From Candidatus Enterousia sp. (GTDB taxonomy: Bacteria; Pseudomonadota; Alphaproteobacteria; Rs-D84), in the NCBI GenBank assembly GCA_045646605.1, contig JAZRLA010000008.1:128931-192930 (forward strand): a DNA stretch of 64,000 bases, given 5' to 3'. The position numbers and the translations under genes were made by a program. Numbering within the stretch: the first letter of the stretch is position 1; each line of letters opens with the position of its first letter. The notes beneath the pieces were generated by a model. It was given only the letters and a program-made list of their open reading frames with translations, was not told the origin of the DNA and did not search any database. Positions 17,628-27,247 of the stretch are shown one piece after another.

Positions 17628-18227
17628 ATGAAAATACTTGGTAAAAATTTTGATGATAAGAAAACAAAAAAATTTCTCTATACGGCGGTTTTAGGCGTAT
17701 TGGCAATTTGGTTTATATATCGTTTTATTATGGTTGCGATTGAATCGCATATGGTTGTTTTTAATCCTGTGCGTGATGCAGGCCAAAATGGAATCGCCGT
17801 TGATACTATTGTCGCCGAGCAAAAAATAGGTGTTATAAAGACGCCACTTTCGGTTGAAAATAATCGGGCATATGTTTCGGGGGCGCATCGGCGTGGTTTA
17901 AAGGTTGGGCAAAAGGTTGGTGGTGGTGAAATAACGTATGTTGCGAATAATTTGGATTTAGATACGGGTATGTATATTGTTAAAACAAAAAATGTTGATG
18001 ATGGTGTTGTGTTTGCAGAAAGTGAATGTAACGGATTTTTTATTCCAACATATGCGGTGCGTGAATCGCAAATTATGCGTGCCGAATCTGGTGTGGCAGT
18101 TTCTGTGTCGGTAAACATTAATGCCGCTGATTCAGATTTTTCATGCGTTTCCGGCGATATACATGATGGTGATATTATCGTGTTATCCAAGGTTAGTGCA
18201 GGTCAAAAAATGAACGTTCAAAAGTAA
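17628..18227 (+). CDS. short periplasmic adaptor (membrane fusion protein-like, 199 aa)
   Basis: N-terminal TM followed by a beta-rich domain, between the OMP and RND genes. Much shorter than canonical HlyD/AcrA adaptors. Confidence 0.5.
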   Translation: MKILGKNFDDKKTKKFLYTAVLGVLAIWFIYRFIMVAIESHMVVFNPVRDAGQNGIAVDTIVAEQKIGVIKTPLSVENNRAYVSGAHRRGLKVGQKVGGGEITYVANNLDLDTGMYIVKTKNVDDGVVFAESECNGFFIPTYAVRESQIMRAESGVAVSVSVNINAADSDFSCVSGDIHDGDIIVLSKVSAGQKMNVQK

Positions 18228-18237
18228 AGGTGAGGAT

Positions 18238-21200
18238 ATGTTAAAGTTCTTTGTTAAACGGCCAGTTACAACGGTGATGTTTGTGTTGTTGTGGGTGGTG
18301 TTGGGTTTTGTTGCGTTTCCAAAGATGAATGTAGAACGCACACCGGCATTGGACTTTCCGATGGTGACGGCGACATTTGTTTATCCGGGGGCCGCGCCGG
18401 TTGAAATAGAATCGCAGGTTATTAAAAAGGCCGAAGATGCGATTTCCCAGGTGCCCGAACTTAAAAAAATCACAGCCCAGGCGTTTGAAAATGGTGGCTA
18501 TGTGATGGCGGAATTTAATTTGGGGGTGAATGTCAACGACAAAGCGAGTGAGGTTAAATCCAAAATTGATGCGTTGGCTTCGGAATTTCCGTCTGAATTA
18601 AAACAGCCCGTGATAGAAAAGTTAAATCCGTTGCAGACATCGGTTGTTGATGTCGCGCTTTATGGTGCAAATCTGCGCGATTTGCAAGAATATGCCGATA
18701 ACACGCTTGCGAATAAAATCACATCGATAAATGGTGTGGCAAGTGTGTCGATTTTTGGTGGTGAAAAGCGCGCGATTCGTGTGGCGCTAAATCCGGAAAC
18801 TATGGCGGCCTACGGTGTAACGGTAATGGATGTTGTGACCGCAATGGGTGCGAATAATATCAATGTTCCGGGTGGAAAAATAGAGATTGGGGCGGATTCA
18901 TCAAATGTGCGCTTTATTGGTGAATTTGAATCGGTTGATTCGATAAAGAATTTGCATATAACGACCGCCGAAGGGCAAAGGTTCAAACTTTCAGATGTTG
19001 CAACGGTTACTGATTCTGCGCGTGATATTGATACGGGGGCGCGTTTTAATGGTGATGATGTTGTTATATTGTCTGTTGTAAAGGCGTCTGATGGTAATGC
19101 GATAAAAGTGGCACGTGCGCTTAATAAAAAATTACCAGAATTTAATGCGGATTTGAATGTGCGTTTCCCGGGGGCGCAGATGGAGATAATTTCTGATTCA
19201 TCCATTGTGATTTCAAGTGAAACAACCGGTACGATATATGGAATTTTAATTGGTGTTGTGTTTACAATTTTGGTGTTATTGGCGTTTACCGGAAATTGGC
19301 GTTCAACGATTGTTGCCGGTGTTGTGATTCCGGCATCACTTGTTGCGGGTTTGTTTTTTGTGAACGCAAGTGGATTTACGATAAATGTTATGACACTGCT
19401 TGCGTATTCGTCGGCGCTTGGGACATTGGTGTCGAATGCAATTATTCTTATCGAATCGGCATTGCAAGAAATGCGAAGTGGGAAAACGGCTGAAACCGCC
19501 GCAATTGACGGAACAAAAAAAGTTGCGGTGTCGGTGTTGGCTGGTGTTGGAACAAATGTCGTTGTGTTTTTGCCACTTGCGTTTATGGGCGGAATCGCGG
19601 GTAAATTTATGACACAGTTTGGTATGACGGTTGTGTATCTTACTTTGTTATCTTTGGTGTTTTCATTCACGTTGACGCCGATGATGATTGCAAAGATTTT
19701 GCGCATAACCAAGGAAAAACATGTTTCGGCGGTCAAGGCAAAAAAATCAGCATTTCAAAAATGGTTCGCGTATCAATATAAACATTCGGGGCGGGTGATA
19801 TTGTTTGCTTTCCTTGCGTTGCTTGCGAGTGCGATGTTGATGCGGTTCACGGGGAACGAGTTTAGTCCGTCAACCGATGCAAATGAAATAAATATTACCG
19901 CGCGTGCGCCGATGGGGGCGACGTATGAAAAATCACAATCTATTGCCAAAGATATAGAAAAAGTTTTGTCCGGATTTGATGAGGTAAAATCAACATCTGT
20001 AAAAATTGGTGAACGCGGTTTACAAAATATTGCGGTGAAAATCAAATTGGTTGATAAAGCAAAGCGTCGGCATACCGATAAAGAAATCGCACGCCGTATA
20101 TTACCAAAACTTGCCGTGATTCCGGATGCGGAAATTCAAATTCGTGCGGGCGAAGGTGTGTCGTCGTCAATTTCGTCCGATATTGTTTTGAATATATATG
20201 GTGATGATGATGCGAAAAGGCAAGAGTATGCAACACGCGCATTAAATGCCATAAACAACATTTCCGAAGTGCAAACCGCGGTCTTTGCGCAACAGGTGCC
20301 GGGTAATGAAATAAAATTTATTCCGAACCCAGAGCAAATGGATTTTTGGGGCATAAAGAATTCTTATGCTGGGGCGGCGTTGCGCACGGCGCTTTATGGA
20401 AACGATACATATAAATATAAAGAAAATGGCGAAGAATATCCGATTGTTTTGGAATTCGCGCGGCCGTTCAAGAATCCGAAAATGTTTGAAAATGTTTTAG
20501 TGAATTCGCAAAAGGGTATGGTTGCGCTGTCGCAAATCGGAACGATAAAGACCGAATCAGCAACACCTAATATTTATCGTTTGGATAAAAGTCGTATTAC
20601 GGAAATCGATATCAATATCGGAAAGTCAACCAGTGGCCCCGTGCAATCAAAAATTGTGTCGGAATTGGATAAATTTGATTGGGCACAGGGCTATGGTTAT
20701 TCATTTGGTGGTATGGCGGAAATTCAAGGCGAAACGACCGGCGAAATTGGGACGGCGTTCTTGCTTGCTACCGTTTTGACATTTATGTTGCTGGCGGCGA
20801 TTTTGAATTCTTTGATTCATCCGTTGACCATTGCGACATCAATTATCACAAGTTTTGCGGGCGTGTTTATATTGCTGTTTTTGTCGGGGGCATCAACGAA
20901 TGTCGGCGCGATGCTTGCGTTCGTTATGTTGGTCGGGTTGGTCGTGAACAATAATATTTTGGTGTTGGAACCAACAGTCCAACGAATCGCGCGCGGCGAA
21001 AATCCAAAGGCCGCTTTGTGGGACGAACTGAACGCGAAAAAGAATATGGTGTTGATGACATCTATTGCGGTTATGGCGGGTATGTTGCCGCAACTTTGGA
21101 GTGCCGATGGTATGAAGCGCGCGATGGCGGCAGTTATGATTGGTGGAATGCTGGCGTCGCTGATATGGACATTTACACTAACGCCGGCGTTGTTCTTTGC

Positions 21201-21240
21201 GATGGAAAGATTGCGCCAAAGGTTAAAAGGAAAAAAATAA
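18238..21240 (+). CDS. RND-family efflux transporter (AcrB/HAE1-like, 1000 aa)
   Basis: 12-TM topology with two large periplasmic loops. Typical length. Confidence 0.85.
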   Translation: MLKFFVKRPVTTVMFVLLWVVLGFVAFPKMNVERTPALDFPMVTATFVYPGAAPVEIESQVIKKAEDAISQVPELKKITAQAFENGGYVMAEFNLGVNVNDKASEVKSKIDALASEFPSELKQPVIEKLNPLQTSVVDVALYGANLRDLQEYADNTLANKITSINGVASVSIFGGEKRAIRVALNPETMAAYGVTVMDVVTAMGANNINVPGGKIEIGADSSNVRFIGEFESVDSIKNLHITTAEGQRFKLSDVATVTDSARDIDTGARFNGDDVVILSVVKASDGNAIKVARALNKKLPEFNADLNVRFPGAQMEIISDSSIVISSETTGTIYGILIGVVFTILVLLAFTGNWRSTIVAGVVIPASLVAGLFFVNASGFTINVMTLLAYSSALGTLVSNAIILIESALQEMRSGKTAETAAIDGTKKVAVSVLAGVGTNVVVFLPLAFMGGIAGKFMTQFGMTVVYLTLLSLVFSFTLTPMMIAKILRITKEKHVSAVKAKKSAFQKWFAYQYKHSGRVILFAFLALLASAMLMRFTGNEFSPSTDANEINITARAPMGATYEKSQSIAKDIEKVLSGFDEVKSTSVKIGERGLQNIAVKIKLVDKAKRRHTDKEIARRILPKLAVIPDAEIQIRAGEGVSSSISSDIVLNIYGDDDAKRQEYATRALNAINNISEVQTAVFAQQVPGNEIKFIPNPEQMDFWGIKNSYAGAALRTALYGNDTYKYKENGEEYPIVLEFARPFKNPKMFENVLVNSQKGMVALSQIGTIKTESATPNIYRLDKSRITEIDINIGKSTSGPVQSKIVSELDKFDWAQGYGYSFGGMAEIQGETTGEIGTAFLLATVLTFMLLAAILNSLIHPLTIATSIITSFAGVFILLFLSGASTNVGAMLAFVMLVGLVVNNNILVLEPTVQRIARGENPKAALWDELNAKKNMVLMTSIAVMAGMLPQLWSADGMKRAMAAVMIGGMLASLIWTFTLTPALFFAMERLRQRLKGKK

Positions 21241-21243
21241 AAT

Positions 21244-21266
21244 GCGGGCGTTTGCCCGTTTTTTAT
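21244..21266 (+). terminator. rho-independent terminator after RND gene
   Basis: Hairpin gcgggc-gttt-gcccgt followed by tttttt. Confidence 0.6.
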
Positions 21267-21323
21267 TTGCTATATCTGTTTTCATTATTATAATTCGGTG
21301 AATTTTAGAAAAGGTGAGTGTAT

Positions 21324-21920
21324 ATGTTGAAACCTGTTGATGTGGTGCTGTTTGATTTTGATGGAACGCTGTCGTGGCCGGATTCGAATATGGCGTTTGG
21401 ACGGTACTGTTTCCGGCGTAGTTTGCGGCCGTGGTTGTTTTTGCCACTGATTGGTGTGTGCTTTGTTGCGCGAATTTTTAATCGTGGTGGGGTATGGTGG
21501 CGGCAAAATATACGTCGGTTTATCACGCCGAATATGATTAAAAAGTTTGCGCCGGGCTTTGTGCGTGAACATATGCGGAATCGCTTTGGTTGGGTGGCGG
21601 AGCAAATTGCAAACGAACGCGCGCGTGGGAACAAGGTTTTATTGATTACCGCATCGCCGGATTACCTGGTGGATGGGTTGGTGCGTGGTTTGCCGTTCGA
21701 TGCGGTTATTTGTTCGAAAATGGATAAAAAAAGACCATGGAAATATGAATTTTTGTGTTGGGGCAAAAATAAAGTTGTTGCGATGGATGAATGGGCGGTG
21801 GCACATAAATTTATTCCGCATGTGGTGCGGGCGTATTCGGACAGTAAATCTGATTTACCAATGATGAACATCGCCGATGAACAGGTATGGATAAATCCAA
21901 AGACAGGAATGAGAAGATAG
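21324..21920 (+). CDS. HAD-superfamily hydrolase (DxDGT motif)
   Basis: N-terminal VVLFDFDGTL. RBS aaggtgag. ORF-track start 21318 is GTG. Confidence 0.55.
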   Translation: MLKPVDVVLFDFDGTLSWPDSNMAFGRYCFRRSLRPWLFLPLIGVCFVARIFNRGGVWWRQNIRRFITPNMIKKFAPGFVREHMRNRFGWVAEQIANERARGNKVLLITASPDYLVDGLVRGLPFDAVICSKMDKKRPWKYEFLCWGKNKVVAMDEWAVAHKFIPHVVRAYSDSKSDLPMMNIADEQVWINPKTGMRR

Positions 21921-22053
21921 GACGCGACTATGCCGAGACTGCGCCAGGGCTTTGCACTGGCTTGGTGTGGGTGCGCGGGGCGCCCGTGTTTTTGTTTGTA
22001 GTAAATCGTTAAATATGTTATAATAAAGTTGTTATATAACAAGGAGAAATCAG

Positions 22054-22881
22054 ATGGTGTCTATACCTGGAGGGGGTGGGGCGCATGCTTCAAAATGGGG
22101 AATGTTGCGGGCCTCGTTGGATGTGGAAAAACAGAAGTCGCCGAAAACGACGGATAAAGAAATTGAGATTCTTAAGAAATTGGATGGAACGTTTTTTTCT
22201 ACTACGGAGTTTTTGTATTCGATGGCCCCAGATGAAAAGTCAAGGAAATCAGAATTTCGTCGTATGGTATGGGATTCAATATTTAATCGTAGGGCTTCGT
22301 ATGAACAGATGTGCAAGGCCATGGAGTTTATTCGTCCAGCTGATGATACTATTTGGAAGGAAATGTTTTATGCGTTGAATTATACAGAAGCGGATGTTAA
22401 ATGGGGTAAAGATCTTGTTCGTGCGGCGGGTAAGGTTTTACATATCGGTGACGATGAATTTGATGTGTCTGATTTTGATTTGATTAGCTTCTATAAGGAA
22501 CTTATGGATGATAGCAAGGACGATTATTATCCCAAGATTTTGGTTGGAAGTTCAGATATGTTAACGATAATGTTACAAGAATTGAATTCAAAAATGATGT
22601 CAAAGTATAAAAGTTACAGGACTGGGATGAAAAAGATGATATATGACGATGGAACACTTGCCCATGTTATGTCTTTTCTACGTGATACTTTTGGCAAACA
22701 GGCTCGTAATGTACATAGGTCGGCACAGTTGAGAAATGCGTACAGGCAGATTATAGATAATGTACATAAAATCGAAATGCGCGTATTGCAAAATATTCAA
22801 GATGAAGACAAAGAATTTTTCAAGGTTGTTTATATGCTGACGGAACCAGTTAAATTTCGATCGGAAGAGTGGATGTATTAG
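22054..22881 (+). CDS. hypothetical protein (275 aa, no signal peptide)
   Basis: RBS aaggagaaa. No recognisable domain. Confidence 0.5.
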   Translation: MVSIPGGGGAHASKWGMLRASLDVEKQKSPKTTDKEIEILKKLDGTFFSTTEFLYSMAPDEKSRKSEFRRMVWDSIFNRRASYEQMCKAMEFIRPADDTIWKEMFYALNYTEADVKWGKDLVRAAGKVLHIGDDEFDVSDFDLISFYKELMDDSKDDYYPKILVGSSDMLTIMLQELNSKMMSKYKSYRTGMKKMIYDDGTLAHVMSFLRDTFGKQARNVHRSAQLRNAYRQIIDNVHKIEMRVLQNIQDEDKEFFKVVYMLTEPVKFRSEEWMY

Positions 22882-22932
22882 TTGGTTTTCTGTGGTATGA
22901 CGGGCGCGTGGCGCCCGTTTTTTGTCGCGGAC

Positions 22933-23050
22933 CAAAGTTCCCCTCTGTTGTGCCAACGGCACAACGAAGAGAGGGGTGCCCCGTGGAACGGGGTGGGGTG
23001 TGGTAAAAAGACCACCTCGGCCTGCGGCCACTCCTCCAAAGGAGGAGAAC
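22933..23050. repeat. multi-hairpin repeat element copy X (caaagttcc...ggggtgg...aaagaccacctc...actcctcc-aaa-ggaggagaac)
   Basis: Homologous to 50228-50357. Confidence 0.7.
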
Positions 23051-23064
23051 TTCGAATTTTTTAT

Positions 23065-23093
23065 TTTGAATAAAGTCAAATATGTGATATAAT
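23065..23093 (+). promoter_or_regulatory. sigma70-like promoter TTGAAT-N16-TG-a-TATAAT (extended -10)
   Basis: tgatataat at 23085-23093 with ttgaat 16 bp upstream. Leads to a structured ~200-nt region upstream of 23298. Confidence 0.45.
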
Positions 23094-23297
23094 GCGTATG
23101 ACGTGGCGGGTTGCCATGTCTGGGCATAGAAACCCATGTCAAGCGTCCCTGTTTTTGTGGGACGATAAAGAAAAATCCCAACCGTGGGTTGGGGTGTTGC
23201 GAATATATTGAATAAGCAACGCAATTCTTGACATTGTTTCTAAGCCCCAATCCACACCGTGGCGTTTGTCATTGTGTGATTCCAAAAGTGGGGAAAA

Positions 23298-23597
23298 ATG
23301 AAACGTTATATTTTGATTTTTCTAATTCTATTTTCGCCGGTGGCGGCGCGGGCGGATGATACTGGTGTTATGGATGCGGATATGGCGCGGCAAATGGAAC
23401 TTTCGAAATTGAAACGCGAAGTGAGTGAACTTGAAATCAAACTTTCCGAATGTAAACGAAAAAATAAAAATTGGCGCACGGCGACATGGATTGGTGCGGC
23501 GGGAACCGTTGCAACCGGCACCGCGGCGATAGTGCAGGGTGTAAAACTAAATAACCTAAAAAAAGAAAAAGCGAACGCAAAACAAAATGAAAAATAA
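23298..23597 (+). CDS. small secreted/membrane protein (signal peptide, coiled coil, Gly/Ala-zipper hydrophobic segment)
   Basis: 99 aa. Paralogous in architecture to the next ORF. Stop overlaps the next start. Confidence 0.55.
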   Translation: MKRYILIFLILFSPVAARADDTGVMDADMARQMELSKLKREVSELEIKLSECKRKNKNWRTATWIGAAGTVATGTAAIVQGVKLNNLKKEKANAKQNEK

Positions 23598-23976
23598 AAT
23601 TGTGATTTTGATTGGGATGTTTGCGTGCTGTGCGGTGCATGCCGCGGATTATGTCGATATGCAGATACGCGAACTGCAACAACGGCGCGATGAACTGCGT
23701 GCGGAATTGGACGCGTGCGAAGAAAACACGCGTAAATTCAAAATTGCCGGTGTTGCAACACTGGGTGCGACGGGTGTTGGTGTGGTTGGAAACATCGCAT
23801 TGCATAACGAAATTAAAAAAATCGAACAATCCAAAAATGGTGGTGGGTATAGCGGCGGTGCTGTGGGTGGTGTTCAGATGGATACGCAATCAGACGAACA
23901 GAAAATGGATGCGATGTGTGTAAAACTTTGTAAAGAATTTCCTGATGAAGCTGCTGAAGATGAGTGTGAATGCTAA
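23587..23976 (+). CDS. small secreted/membrane protein, paralog of previous, with Cys-rich C-terminus
   Basis: 129 aa. Signal peptide, coiled coil, then GVATLGATGVGVVGNIA segment. Ends ...CVKLCKEFPDEAAEDECEC. Confidence 0.55.
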   Translation: MKNKIVILIGMFACCAVHAADYVDMQIRELQQRRDELRAELDACEENTRKFKIAGVATLGATGVGVVGNIALHNEIKKIEQSKNGGGYSGGAVGGVQMDTQSDEQKMDAMCVKLCKEFPDEAAEDECEC

Positions 23977-24009
23977 TTGAGAAACAACAAAAAACAAAAG
24001 GAGAAAAAA

Positions 24010-24663
24010 ATGAAAAAAACTTTGTTGTCTATGTTGGCTGGGGTGGCCATTGTAAATACTGCAAATGCAGATATTAGTGTAGATAGAATGCGTGAAAGAT
24101 GTTTGAAACATCCAGATAAATGGGTTTGGGTGGAACAGACACACAGGTGTGTTGATATTAATCCGTGCAAATCTGATGACCCAATAGAGGTTGATGCATA
24201 TTGTAATAAGACGTTTGCAGATGTTCAGGTTGGAGAACCGATGGTTGCACATAAGCTCGTGTATAAATATCTAAGACATGTTACGGGTATAAGAGACTAT
24301 CGTACTGTTGAAGATGTGTTTGAAAAAAGATCTTGGTTTGGTCAGGATTATTATGGTTATACATTGCCAGGCGGGGGATACGTTGTTTTTGAATTTGATG
24401 ATACAACCGATATTACTAATAAGGATGTACGAGATGGCACAATGGTGGCATTATGTTCTCATGTTTATGGTGGAACACTTGGTAAACAAGATACTTCAAA
24501 ATCTTTTGAGTGTGGTGGTGTAACAGAGAATATTTGTGAAACTATTGCGACAGATCTTGAAGATTGGAATTTTGATCTTTGGGGTGGTCAATATCCAATT
24601 GTAAATTGGCAATATAGTGAAGAAGATGGTGTATGTTCGGTGTATTTTAAGTACGACAGGTAA
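24010..24663 (+). CDS. secreted Cys-rich protein (217 aa)
   Basis: Start trimmed to MKKTLLSM with RBS aaggag. Signal peptide. 10 Cys. Confidence 0.55.
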   Translation: MKKTLLSMLAGVAIVNTANADISVDRMRERCLKHPDKWVWVEQTHRCVDINPCKSDDPIEVDAYCNKTFADVQVGEPMVAHKLVYKYLRHVTGIRDYRTVEDVFEKRSWFGQDYYGYTLPGGGYVVFEFDDTTDITNKDVRDGTMVALCSHVYGGTLGKQDTSKSFECGGVTENICETIATDLEDWNFDLWGGQYPIVNWQYSEEDGVCSVYFKYDR

Positions 24664-24704
24664 TATATCTATTCCGATCCGATTTGGTGGGGCATGACAT
24701 AATA

Positions 24705-24731
24705 AAAACGGTTGCGATTGCAACCGTTTTT
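24705..24731 (+). terminator. rho-independent terminator (aaaaacggttgc-gat-tgcaaccgttttt)
   Basis: 9-bp stem plus T-run. Flanked by an A-run, so possibly bidirectional. Confidence 0.65.
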
Positions 24732-25023
24732 AACTTGGTCATACCGCCGCAGGGCGGTATCTTGTTAGGCAAGTCGTGGAATAATTCTCTGCAAGCCCGC
24801 GGAGATACCGGCGTTCGCCGGTATGATGGCGTTTTTTCTGGCGCAAAAACACGGGGCGAAAGCTCCGCGCACCCGTCGCGGCACGCCGCGCCGCGGTCGT
24901 GACGGACTAACCCCTGCCTCGCCGTAGCCTTGGCGTAGGCGGATGGCACCGAACGGCGACGGGGTAGTGGCCCATACCCCACCGCGTTCCGCGGTCCCCC
25001 CCTTTCCCAAAGGAAAGGGGAAT

Positions 25024-25902
25024 TTACTTATCAAAATCCAGTTCTTTAATCTTTTCTGCGCGCGGGGTGATTTTGCCGATTGATGTTTGCATTTGTTCCA
25101 AATCGGTTTGTGTCATTGCAAAGTGGCTTTGTACCCGCGCCGCGCGGTCGGCAAGGCGCGAAAGGTCTGTCAGCAACATATCGAGTTCATGTTTAATCTG
25201 GCCCGCGACGCGTTTGATTTTTATGTCCGACAGCACCGCGCGAATTGTGTTCAGTGTCGCCCAAAGTGTCGCCGGTGAAACGATAAAAACTTTTCGGCGT
25301 GCGGCGTATTCTATGGCGCCCGGGAATTCGCGGTGTAATGTTTCAAATATAGATTCAGATGCGATGAACATCATTGCAACCTCGGCCGTTTTGCCGGGTA
25401 TAATGTATTTTTCCGCGATTGCGTCAATATGCTTGCGCACGTCCAATTCAAATTGCTTGCGATATAGTTCCGGGTTGTCGCCGTTCATCATATGATTGTA
25501 TGATTCCAATGGAAATTTACTGTCGATAATCATGTCGCCCGGCGGATAGGGCAGGCGGATTATGCAATCGGGCCGCACGCCTGTATCCAACACACTTTGA
25601 AACGCGTATGTTTCGGGCGGCATAATGTCGGCGATTAAATCCTCTAGTTGTCGTTCGCCGAATGTGCCGCGTGCCTGTTTATTGCCCATAAGGATGTTTT
25701 TGAAATTCGCAATATCTGAACTGATGTTTTTAAGTTCGATTGCATTTTGCGACAGTGCGCCAAGCCGTTCAGAAAGCCGTTCGCGCAGGCGGGCGTTGTC
25801 TTCGCGTAGTGCCGACATATCCATTTTTGCCGGCCGCATCAGCAGCGCGCCCAGCATGATGATTATAACCGCGCACATCGCAATCAAAATATAAGTTGTC
25901 AT
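25024..25902 (-). CDS. rmuC: DNA recombination protein RmuC-like
   Basis: N-terminal TM. Coiled coil with DNARLRERLSERL. C-terminal RmuC-like region. Start trimmed to MTTYIL (RBS aagga). Confidence 0.6.
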   Translation of the reverse strand: MTTYILIAMCAVIIIMLGALLMRPAKMDMSALREDNARLRERLSERLGALSQNAIELKNISSDIANFKNILMGNKQARGTFGERQLEDLIADIMPPETYAFQSVLDTGVRPDCIIRLPYPPGDMIIDSKFPLESYNHMMNGDNPELYRKQFELDVRKHIDAIAEKYIIPGKTAEVAMMFIASESIFETLHREFPGAIEYAARRKVFIVSPATLWATLNTIRAVLSDIKIKRVAGQIKHELDMLLTDLSRLADRAARVQSHFAMTQTDLEQMQTSIGKITPRAEKIKELDFDK

Positions 25903-25945
25903 TTGGAATTCCTTTGCTATCATTTTATTATAAAAGGATTTAGAT

Positions 25946-26446
25946 ATGTTGCAAATGAAACTTTGTGGCGATTTGGTGTTGCGGGAAAAATGTGCGCCCG
26001 TGGATGACATAACGCCGGAAATTTTAGAAATTATGGACGAAATGGTTAAAATGATGGAGGAGCAAAAAGGGGTTGGCCTTGCCGCGCCCCAGGTTGGCGT
26101 GTCAAAGCGTTTTTTGGTTATGAAAAATCCGTCCAATGATAAAATTATGAAACTGATAAATCCGGTGATTTTATCGCGGTCGTCCGAAACCGTCGTTAAA
26201 GAAGAGGGGTGTCTTTCGGTGTTGGGACCTGATGGGTTGCCGGTTTATGCTGATGTTGAACGGCCTGCAAAGGTTACGGTTCAATGGACTGATATAGATG
26301 GCAAACAAAACGTTACCGAAATGTCTGGTTTTCGTGCGCGGATTGTGCAACATGAAACAGACCATTTGGATGGAATTTTGTTTATTGACTATCTGTCACC
26401 GGTAAAGCGGGAAATGGTTATGCGCAAGGTAAGGCGACGTAAATGA
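25946..26446 (+). CDS. def: peptide deformylase
   Basis: Motifs GVGLAAPQVG, EGCLSV, HETDHLDG. Confidence 0.9.
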   Translation: MLQMKLCGDLVLREKCAPVDDITPEILEIMDEMVKMMEEQKGVGLAAPQVGVSKRFLVMKNPSNDKIMKLINPVILSRSSETVVKEEGCLSVLGPDGLPVYADVERPAKVTVQWTDIDGKQNVTEMSGFRARIVQHETDHLDGILFIDYLSPVKREMVMRKVRRRK

Positions 26447-27246
26447 ATGTGGTTTTAATGGGAACGCCCGATTTTGTTGTGCCTATTTTTGATGCGATTG
26501 CCGCGCGGCATAATGTTTTGGCGGTCTTTACGCGCGCGCCAAAGCCCGTTGGACGGAAGCACGCTATTACAAAATCGCCGGTGCATACATGGGCGGAATC
26601 ACGAGGATTGCCGGTTTACCGTAAGCCAAGTGAATATAATTTTACGCCCGATATGGTTTTTGTTGCGGCCTATGGTGCAATATTGCGCGATAATGTTTTG
26701 AATTCGGCGCCGTGTGTAAATTTGCACCCAAGTTTGTTGCCAATGTATCGTGGGCCGTCACCGATTATAACCGCAATTAAAAACGGCGATGCGGAAAGTG
26801 GCGTGTGCCTAATGAAAATGACGGCGGAATTGGATGCGGGCGATGTTTTAATGTGTCGCAAATTTAATATTGATATTGATGACACAACCGAAACTGTTGA
26901 ACAAAAGGTTTCAAAAATTGGCGTGGATATGATTTTGGAATATATGGAAAATCCAAAAAAATATTCACCGCTTCCGCAAAGTGGAAAAATCGTCTATACG
27001 GCGAAAACTGGCGTATACGACGAAATTATCGATTGGAAAAAATCGCCGAAAGAAATACATAACTTGGTGCGCGCGCTTGGTGCGGGACGGACAAAGATAA
27101 ACGGCATTGATGTCAAGATTTTAAAAACAAAAATGAATGGTGATAAGTTAGAGATTTTAACAATTCAACCGGCGGGTAAAAAGCCAATGGACTGGAAAAG
27201 TTTTGTAAACGGCCTGCACGGTGCAGAGATTAAATATGGAGAATAA
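26443..27246 (+). CDS. fmt: methionyl-tRNA formyltransferase (short form)
   Basis: N-terminal VVLMGTPDF. Formyltransferase core with ...SLLP.YRG... Overlaps the def stop (ATGA). Confidence 0.8.
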   Translation: MNVVLMGTPDFVVPIFDAIAARHNVLAVFTRAPKPVGRKHAITKSPVHTWAESRGLPVYRKPSEYNFTPDMVFVAAYGAILRDNVLNSAPCVNLHPSLLPMYRGPSPIITAIKNGDAESGVCLMKMTAELDAGDVLMCRKFNIDIDDTTETVEQKVSKIGVDMILEYMENPKKYSPLPQSGKIVYTAKTGVYDEIIDWKKSPKEIHNLVRALGAGRTKINGIDVKILKTKMNGDKLEILTIQPAGKKPMDWKSFVNGLHGAEIKYGE

Positions 27247-27247
27247 A

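Noticed and set aside
18810-19736. 308-aa minus-strand ORF
   Set aside because: It lies entirely inside the RND transporter gene on the opposite strand. Low-complexity translation makes it spurious.
24732-25023. RNase P RNA or SRP RNA in the GC-rich block
   Set aside because: The conserved P4 (ggaaagtccgggc / acagaaaccggctta) and SRP domain IV motifs are absent.
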